A stretch of 25,443 nt of DNA from Synechococcus sp. (GCA_051439605.1 JBFRWN010000109.1:1-25443); one strand, 5' to 3'. Shown: positions 10,763 through 22,108, numbered from the stretch's first letter. The notes: generated by a model from the letters alone, not told the origin. A program made the numbers and translations.

Positions 10763-13210
10763 GTGGTATCAACTCCAGAAAGGCCCTCCGTAACAGCTGC
10801 CCGTGGAGAAGGACAGGCGGGCTCGACAGTACAAGGCACGCCTCTCAGTGCAGAAGAACTCCGCAAGATTCATGCCTTCTGGCGCGCTTGCAACTACTTG
10901 GCGGCAGGCATGATCTACTTGAAAGACAACCCGCTGCTCAAAGAACCCCTCAAGAAAGAGCACATTAAACAGCGGCTGTTGGGCCACTGGGGATCCTCAC
11001 CGGCTCTCAGTTTCACCTACATCCACATGAATCGGCTGATTCAAAAGTACGACTTGGATGCCATTTATATGGCTGGCCCCGGCCACGGAGCTCCGGGAGT
11101 CATCGGTCCCGTTTACCTAGAGGGCACCTACTCCGAGGTCTACCCCGATAAGGGCGAAGATGAAGAGGGTATGCTCAACCTCTTCAAGTGGTTCTCCTTC
11201 CCCGGTGGAATCGGCAGTCACTGTACCCCCGAGCTCCCCGGGTCCATCCACGAGGGCGGGGAACTGGGCTATAGCCTTTCCCATGCCTACGGTGCTGCCT
11301 ACGACAATCCCGACCTGATTGTGACGGCAGTCGTGGGGGATGGGGAAGCCGAAACCGGCCCCCTCGCTACCGCCTGGCATTCCAACAAATATCTCAACCC
11401 CATTCGCGACGGGGCAGTACTGCCGATTTTGAACCTGAATGGCTACAAGATTGCCAACCCCACCATCCTGGCTAGAATTTCCCGCGAGGAATTGGAAAGC
11501 TTGTTCCGAGGGTACGGATATACCCCTTACATCGTGGAGGGAGATGACCCCGAAGTCATGCACCAGACGATGGCTGCCACGATGGAGGAGTGCATCCATT
11601 TAATTCGCTCCATCCAAGCCGATGCCCGCAGCAGTGGCATAGCCAAGCGACCCCGCTGGCCGATGATAGTGTTACGCACCCCCAAGGGGTGGACCGGCCC
11701 TCAAGAGGTGGACGGCCATAAAGTGGAAGGGTTCTGGCGGGCGCACCAAGTGCCGATGGGGGGAATGCACGACAATCCCCAACACCTGCAGCTCCTCGAG
11801 CAGTGGATGAAGGGCTACAAGCCGGAGGAACTGTTTGACGAAAACGGCACGCTGCTAGCAGAACTGAAGGAGCTGGCTCCGAAGGGACATCGTCGCATGA
11901 GCGATAACCCCGTTGCCAACGGTGGAAAGATTCGCAAGGCCCTGTGTCTGCCCGATTTTCGCGAACTGGCGATTGACGTGCCCAAGCCCGGAACGGTTGA
12001 GTTTGAAAACACCAAGGTGCTGGGCTTCCTGCTGCGGGAGGTGATGCGGCAGAACGCCGATAATTTCCGCCTGTTCGGCCCAGACGAAACGGCCTCTAAC
12101 CGGTTGCAAGCGGTCTACGAAGTATCCAAAAAAGCTTGGATGGCCGACTACCTGCCCGAAGATGAGGACGGCAGCCAGATGTCGCCGGACGGTCGGGTGA
12201 TGGAGATGCTGAGCGAGCATACCCTGCAGGGGTGGTTGGAAGGCTATTTAATGTCCGGTCGCCACGGATTCTTCCACACCTACGAAGCCTTTGCCCACGT
12301 GGTGGACTCGATGTTCAACCAGCACGCCAAGTGGCTGGACATTTGCAAAAACGATGTCCCCTGGCGGGCTCCAATTTCATCCCTGAACATTTTGCTGTCT
12401 TCGCTGGTATGGCGGCAGGATCATAACGGCTTCAGCCACCAAGATCCCGGTTACATCGACCTGGTTACCAACAAGAGCCCCGACGTGGTGCGGGTGTATT
12501 TCCCGCCGGATGCCAACTGCCTGCTGTCGGTGGCGGATCACTGCTTGAAGAGTACCGATTACGTTAACGTCATCGTCTCTGACAAGCAGATGCACCTGCA
12601 GTACCTGACGATGGACGAGGCGATCTCTCACTGCACCAAAGGTTTGGGGATTTGGGAATGGGCCAGCAACGACGATTGCGGCACCGCCCCCGACGAACCG
12701 GATGTGGTGATGGCCTGCTGCGGCGACATCCCCACGATGGAATCTTTGGCAGCCACGGCCATTTTGCGGGAGGAGTTCCCCGATCTCAAAGTCCGCTTTA
12801 TCAATGTGGTCGATTTAGCGAAGCTGGTGGACGAGAAAGAACATCCCCACGGCCTGACCAATCGCGACTTTGATACGCTGTTTACCCCCGATAAACCCAT
12901 CATCTTTAACTTCCACGGCTATCCCTGGTTGATTCACAAGCTGGTGTATCGTCGTACCAATCAAGAGCGGATTCACGTGCGCGGCTACAAGGAGAAGGGC
13001 AACATCAACACTCCTCTGGAGCTGGCGATGGAGAACCAAATCGATCGCTTCAATCTCGTGATTGACGTCATCGATCGCGTTCCCTCGCTAGGTTCCCGGG
13101 CGGCCTACGTTAAAGAACGCATGAAGAACGCCATCATCGAAAACACCCAATACGCCTTCACCTACGGAATCGATAAACCCGAGATCCTTGAGTGGAAGTG
13201 GCCTTATTAA
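10763..13210 (+). CDS. xfp: Phosphoketolase (xylulose-5-P/fructose-6-P)
   Basis: [17 protein letters not shown], ThDP motif GDGEAETG...[27 protein letters not shown] precedes the GTG start. Confidence 0.97.
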   Translation: MVSTPERPSVTAARGEGQAGSTVQGTPLSAEELRKIHAFWRACNYLAAGMIYLKDNPLLKEPLKKEHIKQRLLGHWGSSPALSFTYIHMNRLIQKYDLDAIYMAGPGHGAPGVIGPVYLEGTYSEVYPDKGEDEEGMLNLFKWFSFPGGIGSHCTPELPGSIHEGGELGYSLSHAYGAAYDNPDLIVTAVVGDGEAETGPLATAWHSNKYLNPIRDGAVLPILNLNGYKIANPTILARISREELESLFRGYGYTPYIVEGDDPEVMHQTMAATMEECIHLIRSIQADARSSGIAKRPRWPMIVLRTPKGWTGPQEVDGHKVEGFWRAHQVPMGGMHDNPQHLQLLEQWMKGYKPEELFDENGTLLAELKELAPKGHRRMSDNPVANGGKIRKALCLPDFRELAIDVPKPGTVEFENTKVLGFLLREVMRQNADNFRLFGPDETASNRLQAVYEVSKKAWMADYLPEDEDGSQMSPDGRVMEMLSEHTLQGWLEGYLMSGRHGFFHTYEAFAHVVDSMFNQHAKWLDICKNDVPWRAPISSLNILLSSLVWRQDHNGFSHQDPGYIDLVTNKSPDVVRVYFPPDANCLLSVADHCLKSTDYVNVIVSDKQMHLQYLTMDEAISHCTKGLGIWEWASNDDCGTAPDEPDVVMACCGDIPTMESLAATAILREEFPDLKVRFINVVDLAKLVDEKEHPHGLTNRDFDTLFTPDKPIIFNFHGYPWLIHKLVYRRTNQERIHVRGYKEKGNINTPLELAMENQIDRFNLVIDVIDRVPSLGSRAAYVKERMKNAIIENTQYAFTYGIDKPEILEWKWPY

Positions 13211-13222
13211 GCTGATGGCTGC

Positions 13223-13254
13223 AGGGGCATGACCGACATGCCCCTAATTTTTTT
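13223..13254 (+). terminator. Intrinsic terminator downstream of xfp
   Basis: Stem AGGGGCATG, loop ACCGA, stem CATGCCCCT, followed by AATTTTTTT. Confidence 0.75.
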
Positions 13255-13370
13255 GCATTGAGGATTCACAAACTGAGTTCCGCCCGATGGGAAATCATTC
13301 CCCGCGCTTGTCTTTTCAAAAGTTTTTCAAGACATTGGCCTCGGCCACGTTCGAGATTTGGAGTTGACCC

Positions 13371-14957
13371 ATGGACACAGCAACCCTTTGGCAACGCTAT
13401 CAAGATTGGCTGTACTATCACGCAGGCTTAGATATCTATCTAGATGTCAGCCGGATGAGGTTTGATGACCAACAGCTGGCCAGCCTGAAGCCAAAATTCG
13501 ACAAGGCTTTTCAGGATATGGAGGCTTTGGAAGGGGGGGCGATCGCCAACCCCGATGAAAAACGCATGGTGGGTCACTACTGGCTGCGTACTCCAGAATT
13601 GGCCCCCAGCCCGGAACTGAGCACGGCAATCGCCGAGGCGTTCGATCTCATTGAAGACTTTGCCCGAAAGGTTCACAGCGGAGAGATCCATCCCCCCGAA
13701 GCTCCGAAGTTTACCGATTTGTTGGCGATTGGCATTGGTGGTTCTGCCCTCGGGCCCCAGTTTGTGGCCTCTGCCCTCGCTCCGGACGATTCTCCCCTCG
13801 CGATTCATTTCATCGACAACACCGATCCCGCCGGGATCGATCGCGTCCTCAGCGGATTGAAGGACCGTCTGAAAAGCACCCTCATCCTCGACACCAGCAA
13901 GTCCGGCGGTACCCCCGAACCCCGCAACGGCATGCTGGAGGTCAAGCGCGTCTACGAGGAAATGGGCTTGAACTTTGCTTGTCACGCAGTCGCTACCACG
14001 ATGGAGGGCAGCAAAATGGACGAGCTGGCCAGAGCCGAAGGCTGGCTGGCGGAATTCCCCATGTACGACTGGGTGGGTGGGCGCACCTCGGAATTGTCCG
14101 CCGTCGGTCTGCTACCTGCCGCCCTGCAAGGCATTGACATCCGCGAACTGCTGGTGGGGGCTAAGGAAATGGATGCCGCCACCCGCGTCAAAGACATCCG
14201 CAACAATCCCGCCGCCCTGCTAACTCTATGCTGGTATGCCTCTGGTGACGGACAGGGCAAGAAAGATATGGTGGTTCTGCCCTACAAAGACAGTCTGCTG
14301 CTGTTCAGCCGCTACCTGCAGCAATTAATCATGGAGTCTTTGGGGAAAGAAACAGATCTAGACGGCAACACCGTTCATCAAGGTCTGGCTGTCTACGGCA
14401 ATAAAGGGTCCACCGACCAGCACGCCTACGTCCAACAGCTGCGGGAGGGTGTGCCGAATTTCTTTGCCACCTTTATCGAGGTGCTGCACGATCGCTCCGG
14501 CCCATCAATGGAAGTGGAACCGGGGGTCACTACTGGCGACTATTTATCGGGATTCCTGCAGGGAACTCGCCAAGCACTGTACGAGAATCAGCGGGACTCG
14601 ATTACGGTGACCATTCCGCAGGTGAATCCCCGCACGGTTGGAGCTCTGATCGCTCTCTACGAGCGTGCAGTAGGCTTCTATGCCTCCTTGGTGAACATCA
14701 ATGCCTATCACCAACCGGGTGTGGAAGCCGGGAAAAAGGCAGCTGCTTCGGTCCTGAAACTGCAAACGCAAGTGATGGAAACGTTGAAGGCGTCAGGGAC
14801 TCCTCTGGATTTGGTCACTTTAGCCTCCAAAGCGGGAGCCACCGATCGCGTGGAAGCGGTTTACAAAATCGTGCGGCATTTAGCGGCTAACAACCGGGGG
14901 GTGGTGATGAGCGGCGATCGCGCCCAACCCTCCAGCTTGAAAATTTCTCTACTGTAA
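13371..14957 (+). CDS. pgi: Glucose-6-phosphate isomerase
   Basis: [61 protein letters not shown]. Confidence 0.97.
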   Translation: MDTATLWQRYQDWLYYHAGLDIYLDVSRMRFDDQQLASLKPKFDKAFQDMEALEGGAIANPDEKRMVGHYWLRTPELAPSPELSTAIAEAFDLIEDFARKVHSGEIHPPEAPKFTDLLAIGIGGSALGPQFVASALAPDDSPLAIHFIDNTDPAGIDRVLSGLKDRLKSTLILDTSKSGGTPEPRNGMLEVKRVYEEMGLNFACHAVATTMEGSKMDELARAEGWLAEFPMYDWVGGRTSELSAVGLLPAALQGIDIRELLVGAKEMDAATRVKDIRNNPAALLTLCWYASGDGQGKKDMVVLPYKDSLLLFSRYLQQLIMESLGKETDLDGNTVHQGLAVYGNKGSTDQHAYVQQLREGVPNFFATFIEVLHDRSGPSMEVEPGVTTGDYLSGFLQGTRQALYENQRDSITVTIPQVNPRTVGALIALYERAVGFYASLVNINAYHQPGVEAGKKAAASVLKLQTQVMETLKASGTPLDLVTLASKAGATDRVEAVYKIVRHLAANNRGVVMSGDRAQPSSLKISLL

Positions 14958-14960
14958 TCG

Positions 14961-15599
14961 ATGGGCTTAAAACTCTATTTTTTGCGACATGGGGAAACCA
15001 CCTCCAGCCAAGCTGGGGGCTACTGCGGCAGTCTCGATCTGGACTTAACAGAATCCGGCTACGAAATGGCTGAGGAGTTTGCCAAGGCTTACCATTCCTT
15101 GCCCTGGACGGCTGTTTATAGCAGCCCCCTGCAGCGGGCCGTCCATACTGCCAAGCCCCTGTGCGATGCGCTGGAGATCGATATCCAGCTGCGGGACGGA
15201 CTGAAGGAGATCGCCTACGGACGGTGGGAGGGGCTGACGCCAGAAGAGGTAAACGACAAGTATCACGACGAGTACGTGCGCTGGCTAGCCGATCCTGGCT
15301 GGAATTCCCCCACTGGTGGGGAAAAGGGGGTGGATATTGCCCGCCGCAGCGCCCTGGTGCTGGAGGAGATCGAACAAACCTACGACAGCGGCAACGTGTT
15401 GGTGGTGTCCCACAAAGCCACCATTCGCATCATGCTGTGCTCTTTGGCGGGCATCGATGTGGGGCGCTATCGCGATCGCATCAATATGCCGGTGGCTGCC
15501 GTTACCCTAGTGGAGTTTCGAGATCGCGGCCCCTTCGTCCATTTCTTGGCGGACCGCTCCTATTTGAGCGATCGCCTGCGTCAGCGAGCAGGGACGTAG
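14961..15599 (+). CDS. Histidine phosphatase (phosphoglycerate mutase-like) family protein
   Basis: LRHGET, YSSPLQRA, EIAYGRWEG, VVSHK. Starts 3 nt after the pgi stop. Confidence 0.88.
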   Translation: MGLKLYFLRHGETTSSQAGGYCGSLDLDLTESGYEMAEEFAKAYHSLPWTAVYSSPLQRAVHTAKPLCDALEIDIQLRDGLKEIAYGRWEGLTPEEVNDKYHDEYVRWLADPGWNSPTGGEKGVDIARRSALVLEEIEQTYDSGNVLVVSHKATIRIMLCSLAGIDVGRYRDRINMPVAAVTLVEFRDRGPFVHFLADRSYLSDRLRQRAGT

Positions 15600-15682
15600 T
15601 GGTGATAAGTCTGTAGATTGAGCGGTTATCGTCCGATTGCTGAATACGGAACTGCTATTATCCCGAGGAATACGAAACCCTA

Positions 15683-16000
15683 ATGAAATCCACCTTGACC
15701 AACAGCAAAGCAAATGAGTCCATCGGCGATCTCTCGGTTATCACTGCAGTGACCGAACTGCATAACCGGTTCAAAAATGCCCAATCCCATTACGCCACCA
15801 TTCGCGGTAACCTCCTCAGTCAGCTGGAGGAGATAAGTGACGGAGAGGACGAAAGCGGCTTAAAAAAGGAACTCGGGAAGGTGAACGAAAAAATCAACTA
15901 CTTTCGCGTCCTCAGCCATTCCCTCTCCATTGCGGATACCGTCCTGCACACGGACGCCACGATCGACGAATTTGGTCCCGACAGTCATGCCAATACCTAG
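15683..16000 (+). CDS. Hypothetical helical/coiled-coil protein
   Basis: 105-aa ORF with a GAGG upstream, co-oriented between the phosphatase and ackA. No recognisable motif. Confidence 0.65.
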   Translation: MKSTLTNSKANESIGDLSVITAVTELHNRFKNAQSHYATIRGNLLSQLEEISDGEDESGLKKELGKVNEKINYFRVLSHSLSIADTVLHTDATIDEFGPDSHANT

Positions 16001-16042
16001 ACCACAATCCTGCTGGCCGCGGGGGGGACGGATGCCATCCCC

Positions 16043-17275
16043 ATGAAGATACTGGTGCTCAATGCAGGATCCAGCAGTCAAAAAAGCTGCTTGTACGAGC
16101 TGACCGCTGACGGATTGCCTCCGTCCCCCCCGCCGGTGTGGGAAGCCCATATCGACTGGACTTTGGCGGCCGCTGGCGGCGTGATGAAAGTGAAAGCCAA
16201 CGGGGCGGTTCTCAAAGTAGAGCTGACGGATGGCGATCGCGATCGTGCTATCCCCCTGCTGCTGGACACCCTGGTGTCAGGGGAAACCCAAGTGCTGCAA
16301 CAGCTGTCGGAAATCGATACGGTCGGCCATCGGGTGGTACACGGGGGAGCGGAGTATTCCGGGGCAACTCTCGTTACGGAGGACGTGAAAGCGGCGATCT
16401 CCCGCCTAACGGTCTTGGCCCCCGCCCACAATCCCGCCAACTTGGCCGGCATCGAAGCGATCGAGCAGGCATTGGGCGACGTTCCCCAGATGGCAGTCTT
16501 CGACACCGCCTTTCACAGTCACATGCCCCCAGAGGCTGCCGTCTATCCCCTCCCCTACGAGTGGTACGAAGAAGGCATCCGTCGCTATGGCTTCCACGGC
16601 ATCAGCCACCATTACTGCTCGCATCGTGCCGCCGATTTGTTGGGTAAGCCCCTAAAATCCCTCAAGCTAGTGACTTGCCATTTGGGGAACGGCTGTTCCC
16701 TAGCTGCGGTGCGCGAGGGCTACAGTATCGACACTACGATGGGGTTTACCCCGCTGGAGGGATTGATGATGGGCACCCGCAGCGGCTCCATCGATCCGGC
16801 GATCCCGATCCATCTAATGCGGGAGTACGGCTTTGACCCCAGTCGCCTGGACACCCTGCTCAACAAAGAATCTGGGTTGAAGGGGGTGTCCGGGATTTCC
16901 GCCGATCTGCGGGCGGTGCTGGAGGGGATCGACCGAGGCAGCGATCGCGCCCAACTGGCCTTCGATATGTTTATCCATCGCTTGCGAGCCTCGATCGGGG
17001 CGATGGTGGCCAGCCTAGCGGGGGTGGATGCGATCGTGTTTACCGCCGGGATTGGGGAAAATTCAGCGATCGTGCGCCAGCAAGCCTGCGCGGGATTCGA
17101 GTTTTTAGGGTTGCAGCTGGATGGAGAAAAAAATAACTCTTCTCCAGTGGATTGCGATATCTCCGCCGCCGATTCGGCGGTGCGGGTGTTGGTTGTACGT
17201 ACGGAGGAGGATTGGGCGATCGCGCAAGCCTGCTGGCAGCACCAGTCCAGCAATTTAGTCAATCTGCCTCGTTAA
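16043..17275 (+). CDS. ackA: Acetate kinase
   Basis: LVLNAGSSSQK, VGHRVVHGG, FDTAFH, RRYGFHGISH, CHLGNGCS, FTAGIGENS. Confidence 0.97.
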   Translation: MKILVLNAGSSSQKSCLYELTADGLPPSPPPVWEAHIDWTLAAAGGVMKVKANGAVLKVELTDGDRDRAIPLLLDTLVSGETQVLQQLSEIDTVGHRVVHGGAEYSGATLVTEDVKAAISRLTVLAPAHNPANLAGIEAIEQALGDVPQMAVFDTAFHSHMPPEAAVYPLPYEWYEEGIRRYGFHGISHHYCSHRAADLLGKPLKSLKLVTCHLGNGCSLAAVREGYSIDTTMGFTPLEGLMMGTRSGSIDPAIPIHLMREYGFDPSRLDTLLNKESGLKGVSGISADLRAVLEGIDRGSDRAQLAFDMFIHRLRASIGAMVASLAGVDAIVFTAGIGENSAIVRQQACAGFEFLGLQLDGEKNNSSPVDCDISAADSAVRVLVVRTEEDWAIAQACWQHQSSNLVNLPR

Positions 17276-17326
17276 TCTCAGGCCTCAATCAAAATCTGAC
17301 ATTCACATTTATTAGGAGCAACGAAC

Positions 17327-18625
17327 GTGGCATCTACAATCACCTCAATCCTCGCTCGGGAAATCCTCGATTCTCGCGGCAACCCTACTGTCGAAATAGA
17401 CCTTACCTTAGCTGACGGAACCCAAGCGCGCGCTGCAGTCCCCTCCGGAGCCTCCACCGGATCCAGAGAAGCTGTCGAGCTGCGGGACAACGATCCCAAC
17501 CGCTACGGAGGCAAGGGTGTTTTACAAGCGGTGGCCAACGTCAATGGCCCGATCGCCGATCTCCTGAAGGGAAAAGACGCCGCCCAACAAACGGCGATCG
17601 ACGAGGCGATGATTTCTCTCGACGGCACCGACAACAAAGGCAAACTCGGAGCTAACGCCATCTTGGGGGTATCAATGGCCTGTGCCAGAGCTGCAGCCAC
17701 ATCCACAGGTTTCCCCCTCTATCAATACTTAGGAAATGCCGACTCTGTCCTGCTGCCCGTCCCCTGCATGAACGTCCTTAACGGTGGCATGCATGCCGAC
17801 AACAGCGTTGACTTTCAGGAATTCATGATCGTGCCGGTGGGGGCCACCACGTTTGCCGAGGCGATGCAAATGGGAGCCGACACCTACCACGCCCTCAAAT
17901 CGATTTTGAAGCAGAAGGGTTACAGCACTGGCGTGGGGGACGAGGGGGGATTTGCCCCCGACCTGAAGGCGAATGTGGAGGCGATCGAATTCATTCTGCA
18001 GGGAATTGAAAAAGCCGGGTTGAAGCCCGGCGAGGATATCGCGATTGCCCTCGACCCCGCCACCACCGAGCTGTATCGAGAGGGTGGCTCCTACCTGTTT
18101 TTCAAGTCCGACCAAAGCACCAAGTCTGCCGCAGAGATGATCGATCTGTGGGAGAGCTGGGTAAACCAGTTTCCGATCATCTCCATCGAAGATGGCTTGG
18201 GGGAAAGCGACTGGGACGGTTGGAAGCTAATGACCAAGCGATTGGGAGATCGCATTCAGCTTGTGGGGGACGATGCCTTTGTTACTAATCCGGCGATTAT
18301 CAAACAGGCGATCGCCGAAGGCGTGGGCAACTCCTCTTTGATCAAGGTGAACCAGATTGGCTCCGTCACCGAAACCCTGAATGCCATTAGTGACTCGCTG
18401 GCGGCTGATTATACCTGCATGGTCAGCCACCGCTCTGGCGAAACCCCCGATGATTTCATCGCCGACTTGGTGGTGGCCACAGGGGTGGGCCAAATTAAAT
18501 CCGGTGCTCCCTGCCGAGGAGAACGCCTTTCAAAATACAACCAGCTACTGCGCATCGAAGAAAACCTTGGTAATAGAGCACAATACGCTGGCCGATCCGC
18601 GTTTAGAGTAAAGCAGGTAGTTTGA
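17327..18625 (+). CDS. eno: Enolase
   Basis: [50 protein letters not shown] precedes the GTG start. Confidence 0.98.
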   Translation: MASTITSILAREILDSRGNPTVEIDLTLADGTQARAAVPSGASTGSREAVELRDNDPNRYGGKGVLQAVANVNGPIADLLKGKDAAQQTAIDEAMISLDGTDNKGKLGANAILGVSMACARAAATSTGFPLYQYLGNADSVLLPVPCMNVLNGGMHADNSVDFQEFMIVPVGATTFAEAMQMGADTYHALKSILKQKGYSTGVGDEGGFAPDLKANVEAIEFILQGIEKAGLKPGEDIAIALDPATTELYREGGSYLFFKSDQSTKSAAEMIDLWESWVNQFPIISIEDGLGESDWDGWKLMTKRLGDRIQLVGDDAFVTNPAIIKQAIAEGVGNSSLIKVNQIGSVTETLNAISDSLAADYTCMVSHRSGETPDDFIADLVVATGVGQIKSGAPCRGERLSKYNQLLRIEENLGNRAQYAGRSAFRVKQVV

Positions 18626-18753
18626 TCTGAATTGCCCCTGGGAACTTTTACCGGCGATCTGCCCATCAGCAATGAGCGGCAATGACTGCGATCGCAGTAC
18701 GAAAATTTCAACTGGGGGCAATGATTCAATTGTTTTTTTTGAGGAGTGACCTG

Positions 18754-19326
18754 ATGAAAGTAATTAGCACTGCATTATTAGCTGTCGCAGCGGTCTGTAC
18801 AGTTACGATTCCTGCACGTTCTGACATTAAAGTCTCTTTGGATACCTTATGCAGCCAGTTCCCTCTCAATAGTCGCTGCACCAGAGTGGATCGGGGTTTA
18901 CCTGCTGTAGAGACAGGGGAGCTGATACCGGAAGGCTGTACTGCCCTACCAGCAATTGGTGCCGAAAGTACAGAAGTGACCAAAACTGCTTCACCGGGTC
19001 GGGTTCCGAATCTGGCGTTGATTTGGTTTGGTCCCAATTGGAATACCGATTTTGTGGTTCCCGAAGAAGCCGTCTATTCCCGCTACTATGCTTCGGTCCT
19101 GTCGCAGGATATCGGCAACTACGATATTGAAATGTATTTGAAATACCAGGACGGAACTGCTGACTTGGTTCACGAAGAAGATAAGTTCCCCATGTCCGAG
19201 CAACACTTGCATGTATTTTCCGGAGAGCCCCGTTCCGGAACCCAGCCTTACGAGGTCAATCTAAAGATTGGCGGCCCCGGAACGGTTCAGGATACTTACA
19301 CCATTCAAGTATTAGGTTGTCCATAG
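18754..19326 (+). CDS. Secreted hypothetical protein with CxxFPLNSRC motif
   Basis: GAGGAG before ATG 18754 (ORF open from 18682). Signal-peptide-like N-terminus, LCSQFPLNSRC and a beta-rich C-terminal region (WNTDFVVP...YLKY...VLGCP). Confidence 0.7.
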   Translation: MKVISTALLAVAAVCTVTIPARSDIKVSLDTLCSQFPLNSRCTRVDRGLPAVETGELIPEGCTALPAIGAESTEVTKTASPGRVPNLALIWFGPNWNTDFVVPEEAVYSRYYASVLSQDIGNYDIEMYLKYQDGTADLVHEEDKFPMSEQHLHVFSGEPRSGTQPYEVNLKIGGPGTVQDTYTIQVLGCP

Positions 19327-19518
19327 CACCCAAAGGCTTTGGGCTGTTGCGATCGCAAATGGACGACTAAAAAGGTTCTCTGTCTGACGATTTCTTAGCA
19401 GTAGCCCAAAGTGAAATTGTCCCTAATAGCTTTCCCGCAGTCTAGGAGAGTCTATAAGTTTGTTGGACGAACAGCCAACTGAATTGAAGCGAATTAACTT
19501 TTTGATCGGGAGTCTGAT

Positions 19519-20700
19519 ATGTCAAAAAATCTTCTAGACCAACTGAAAGAGGTAACCGTTGTCGTTGCCGATACGGGGGACATTCAAGCGATCGAGCAAT
19601 TTACCCCGCGGGATGCGACCACCAATCCCTCTCTGATTACAGCAGCTGCCCAAATGCCGGAGTATCGTGGAATTGTGACCGATACGCTGCGGCAAGCCAA
19701 GATCGATGCCGGTGCAGCTGCAAGCAAGGACGAAATTGTGTCCCTAGCCTTCGATCGCCTAGCAGTGGCTTTCGGCCAAAAAATTCTGGAAATCGTGCCC
19801 GGACGGGTGTCCACCGAAGTGGATGCGCGACTGTCCTATGACACCGAAGCGACGCTTGCTAAAGCTCGCTATTTAATTTCGGAATACGAAAAAGCCGGGA
19901 TTTCTCGCGATCGCATCCTGATTAAAATTGCTTCCACTTGGGAGGGAATTCGCGCTGCCGAAATCTTGGAAAAAGAAGGCATTCACTGCAACTTAACCCT
20001 GCTGTTTGGTTTTCATCAAGCGGTAGCCTGTGCCGAAGCGGGGGTCACATTGATCTCGCCCTTCGTGGGCCGCATTTTGGACTGGTATAAGAAGGATTCG
20101 GGACGGGATAGCTATCCCTCCAATGAAGACCCTGGCGTGCTATCCGTCACCAAGATCTACAACTACTACAAGAAATTTGGCTACAACACAGAGGTGATGG
20201 GGGCCAGTTTCCGTAACATTGGCGAAATCTCCGAGCTGGCAGGATGCGACTTGCTGACCATCTCCCCCAAGCTGCTGGATGAGTTGCGATCGACCACAGC
20301 TGACTTACCTCGCAAGCTCGAACCAACGCTCGCCCAAGACGCCAATATCGAACAGGTCTCTGTGGATAAAGCCACGTTTGAGAAGATGCATAAAGCAGAT
20401 CGGATGGCGTCAGATAAGTTGGCAGAGGGTATTAGTGGATTTTCTAAAGCCCTAGAGGCTTTGGAAAATCTCCTAGCAGAACGATTAGCTTTCCTAGACG
20501 GCAAGGAGAAGGTCAGCAACGCTGCCAAAGATGTCTTTCAAGTTTACGACTTGGACGGAGATGGATTCATCACCCGCGAGGAGTGGGCAGGGGCTGATGC
20601 CGTTTTTGACGCGTTGGATCTAAACGGTGATGGCAAGATTTCACCGGAAGAAATTGCTGCTGGCTTAGGCGCAGCCTACCGTCTTTCTAAAGCCAGTTGA
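19519..20700 (+). CDS. tal: Transaldolase with C-terminal EF-hand pair
   Basis: [26 protein letters not shown], Schiff-base [13 protein letters not shown]-hand loops [12 protein letters not shown] and [12 protein letters not shown]. Confidence 0.96.
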   Translation: MSKNLLDQLKEVTVVVADTGDIQAIEQFTPRDATTNPSLITAAAQMPEYRGIVTDTLRQAKIDAGAAASKDEIVSLAFDRLAVAFGQKILEIVPGRVSTEVDARLSYDTEATLAKARYLISEYEKAGISRDRILIKIASTWEGIRAAEILEKEGIHCNLTLLFGFHQAVACAEAGVTLISPFVGRILDWYKKDSGRDSYPSNEDPGVLSVTKIYNYYKKFGYNTEVMGASFRNIGEISELAGCDLLTISPKLLDELRSTTADLPRKLEPTLAQDANIEQVSVDKATFEKMHKADRMASDKLAEGISGFSKALEALENLLAERLAFLDGKEKVSNAAKDVFQVYDLDGDGFITREEWAGADAVFDALDLNGDGKISPEEIAAGLGAAYRLSKAS

Positions 20701-20740
20701 CCGCCGATATCCTATGGAAGCAGAAATAGTTTGCTATGTT

Positions 20741-20775
20741 AACCGTGTAAATCATTACACGGTTTAATTTTTTTT
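20741..20775 (+). terminator. Intrinsic terminator downstream of tal
   Basis: Stem AACCGTGTAA, loop ATCA, stem TTACACGGTT, followed by TAATTTTTTTT. Confidence 0.75.
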
Positions 20776-21027
20776 GCAAGAGCTCTTCTTAATAACTTTT
20801 AAGACGATAATCATGAGGTTATAAATTAATTATTGTACAAATAAAACTTTCTAAAGTCTTAAATTATCAATGTATTAAATACTGCCTTAAGCATGAGATG
20901 TATTACCACTTCCATTGGCATCACCAAGAAACCAAGCGTTTGGAGGCGCGAGCCTATACTCCTTATTACTTTGACCTCTCGTTCCGAGGAAGCTACTGAG
21001 GTAAGTGCAAAATTTCAGTTAAGTAAA

Positions 21028-21109
21028 AACTAACGTATTGATAACCTGCTGGCACCACTTCTACCGAAGGACACAGTTGCGCCAGGCAGTGGATATCCAA
21101 TTGTTCAGA
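21028..21109 (-). repeat. Imperfect 82-bp palindrome with attC-like layout
   Basis: Minus strand TCTGAAC-AATTG-GATATCC...GGTTATC-AATAC-GTTAGTT, starting immediately after the HAD stop codon. Core sites deviate from RYYYAAC/GTTRRRY. Confidence 0.3.
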
Positions 21110-21110
21110 A

Positions 21111-21755
21111 CTATCCTTCTAAGAGGATTTTAAGCTCGTCCAAAGAATGAATATGAAAGTCTGCATTTTCTGCATATGGAACACCTTCCCTAAGGATTTG
21201 AACTGTCTTGATCCCAAGCTCATTGCCTGTCTTAATTTCCGAGTCAGCATTATCTCCAATTACAATAACCTGAGACATTAGAAGGTCATTATCGTCTAGG
21301 ATTTTCTTGAACAGGCCCCTTTTCCCAACTCGATCAGGAGCGTCAATCGCATCAATATATACACCATCGAACTTTGCTTCCAGACTCAGAGCTGTAATCT
21401 TGGTCTTCTGAAGCTTGAGAAAACCCGATGTGACAAGGAAGCGTTTAACCGCTAATGTCTCAAGCACCGGTAGATCTAAGTAACCTTGCATTGGAAGACT
21501 GGCTTCTAACGTCATAAATACGCGCCAGCCTTCATTGAACATCGCCTCGGAGAATCCGTAGTTTCTACTCACCCAATCAAAAGGATGGCGCCAGACGGCC
21601 TCGAAGGCCCGAGTCAAGACATCATCGCTAACGTTGCCGTCATTCGCCTTGCGGATAGCGTCAAAAACCGGTTGAAATAATTCTTCCCCAACTTCTCTCG
21701 CTGAAGCAAGACAGTTGTCCAGATCGAAGATTATTGCCTCTATCTTTGCTTTCAT
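21111..21755 (-). CDS. HAD-superfamily hydrolase
   Basis: Motif I IIFDLDNCL, motif II LVTSG, motif IV VIGDNADSEI. GGAG precedes ATG 21755. Confidence 0.88.
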   Translation of the reverse strand: MKAKIEAIIFDLDNCLASAREVGEELFQPVFDAIRKANDGNVSDDVLTRAFEAVWRHPFDWVSRNYGFSEAMFNEGWRVFMTLEASLPMQGYLDLPVLETLAVKRFLVTSGFLKLQKTKITALSLEAKFDGVYIDAIDAPDRVGKRGLFKKILDDNDLLMSQVIVIGDNADSEIKTGNELGIKTVQILREGVPYAENADFHIHSLDELKILLEG

Positions 21756-21949
21756 TCCCAACTCCAAATCCTTATTCGCCCCCCAGGCTAAGAGCTAATT
21801 TTCAAAGTCAACCTTGAGAGGTTTCCAGACAATTTCTAGCATGTCTAGACTAGCAAATGCTGAGTGCTGTAATACTAATGAGCCGTTTTCCAGAAGTAGC
21901 CAATCCAAATCAGCAAGCCGAAGCGCTCTGTCAGCATAATAAGTACGGG

Positions 21950-22108
21950 GCAGAATCACATGTTGAGTCAATCATTAATACTCGACATAAGAAGTCAGGT
22001 GAAATGCAATGGACTCGAGAAGGGGCACATTAGGTATTGTAAATTAGAGCTACTATTGCTAGTCAAGAGTGAGAGAAAAAGTGGAAAGAGGTTTTTCTTT
22101 CTTCTCTT
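21950..22108 (+). pseudogene. ISKra4-family-like transposase C-terminal remnant
   Basis: The frame from 21950 reads AESHVESIINTRHKKSGEMQWTREGAH*VL*IRATIASQE*EKKWKEVFLSSL. This matches the ISKra4-type C-terminus (MQWTREGAH.VLQIRA) with three in-frame stops. Confidence 0.7.

Noticed and set aside
20530..20700. EF-hand tail on transaldolase as a novel fusion
   Set aside because: This is a known architecture of cyanobacterial transaldolases.
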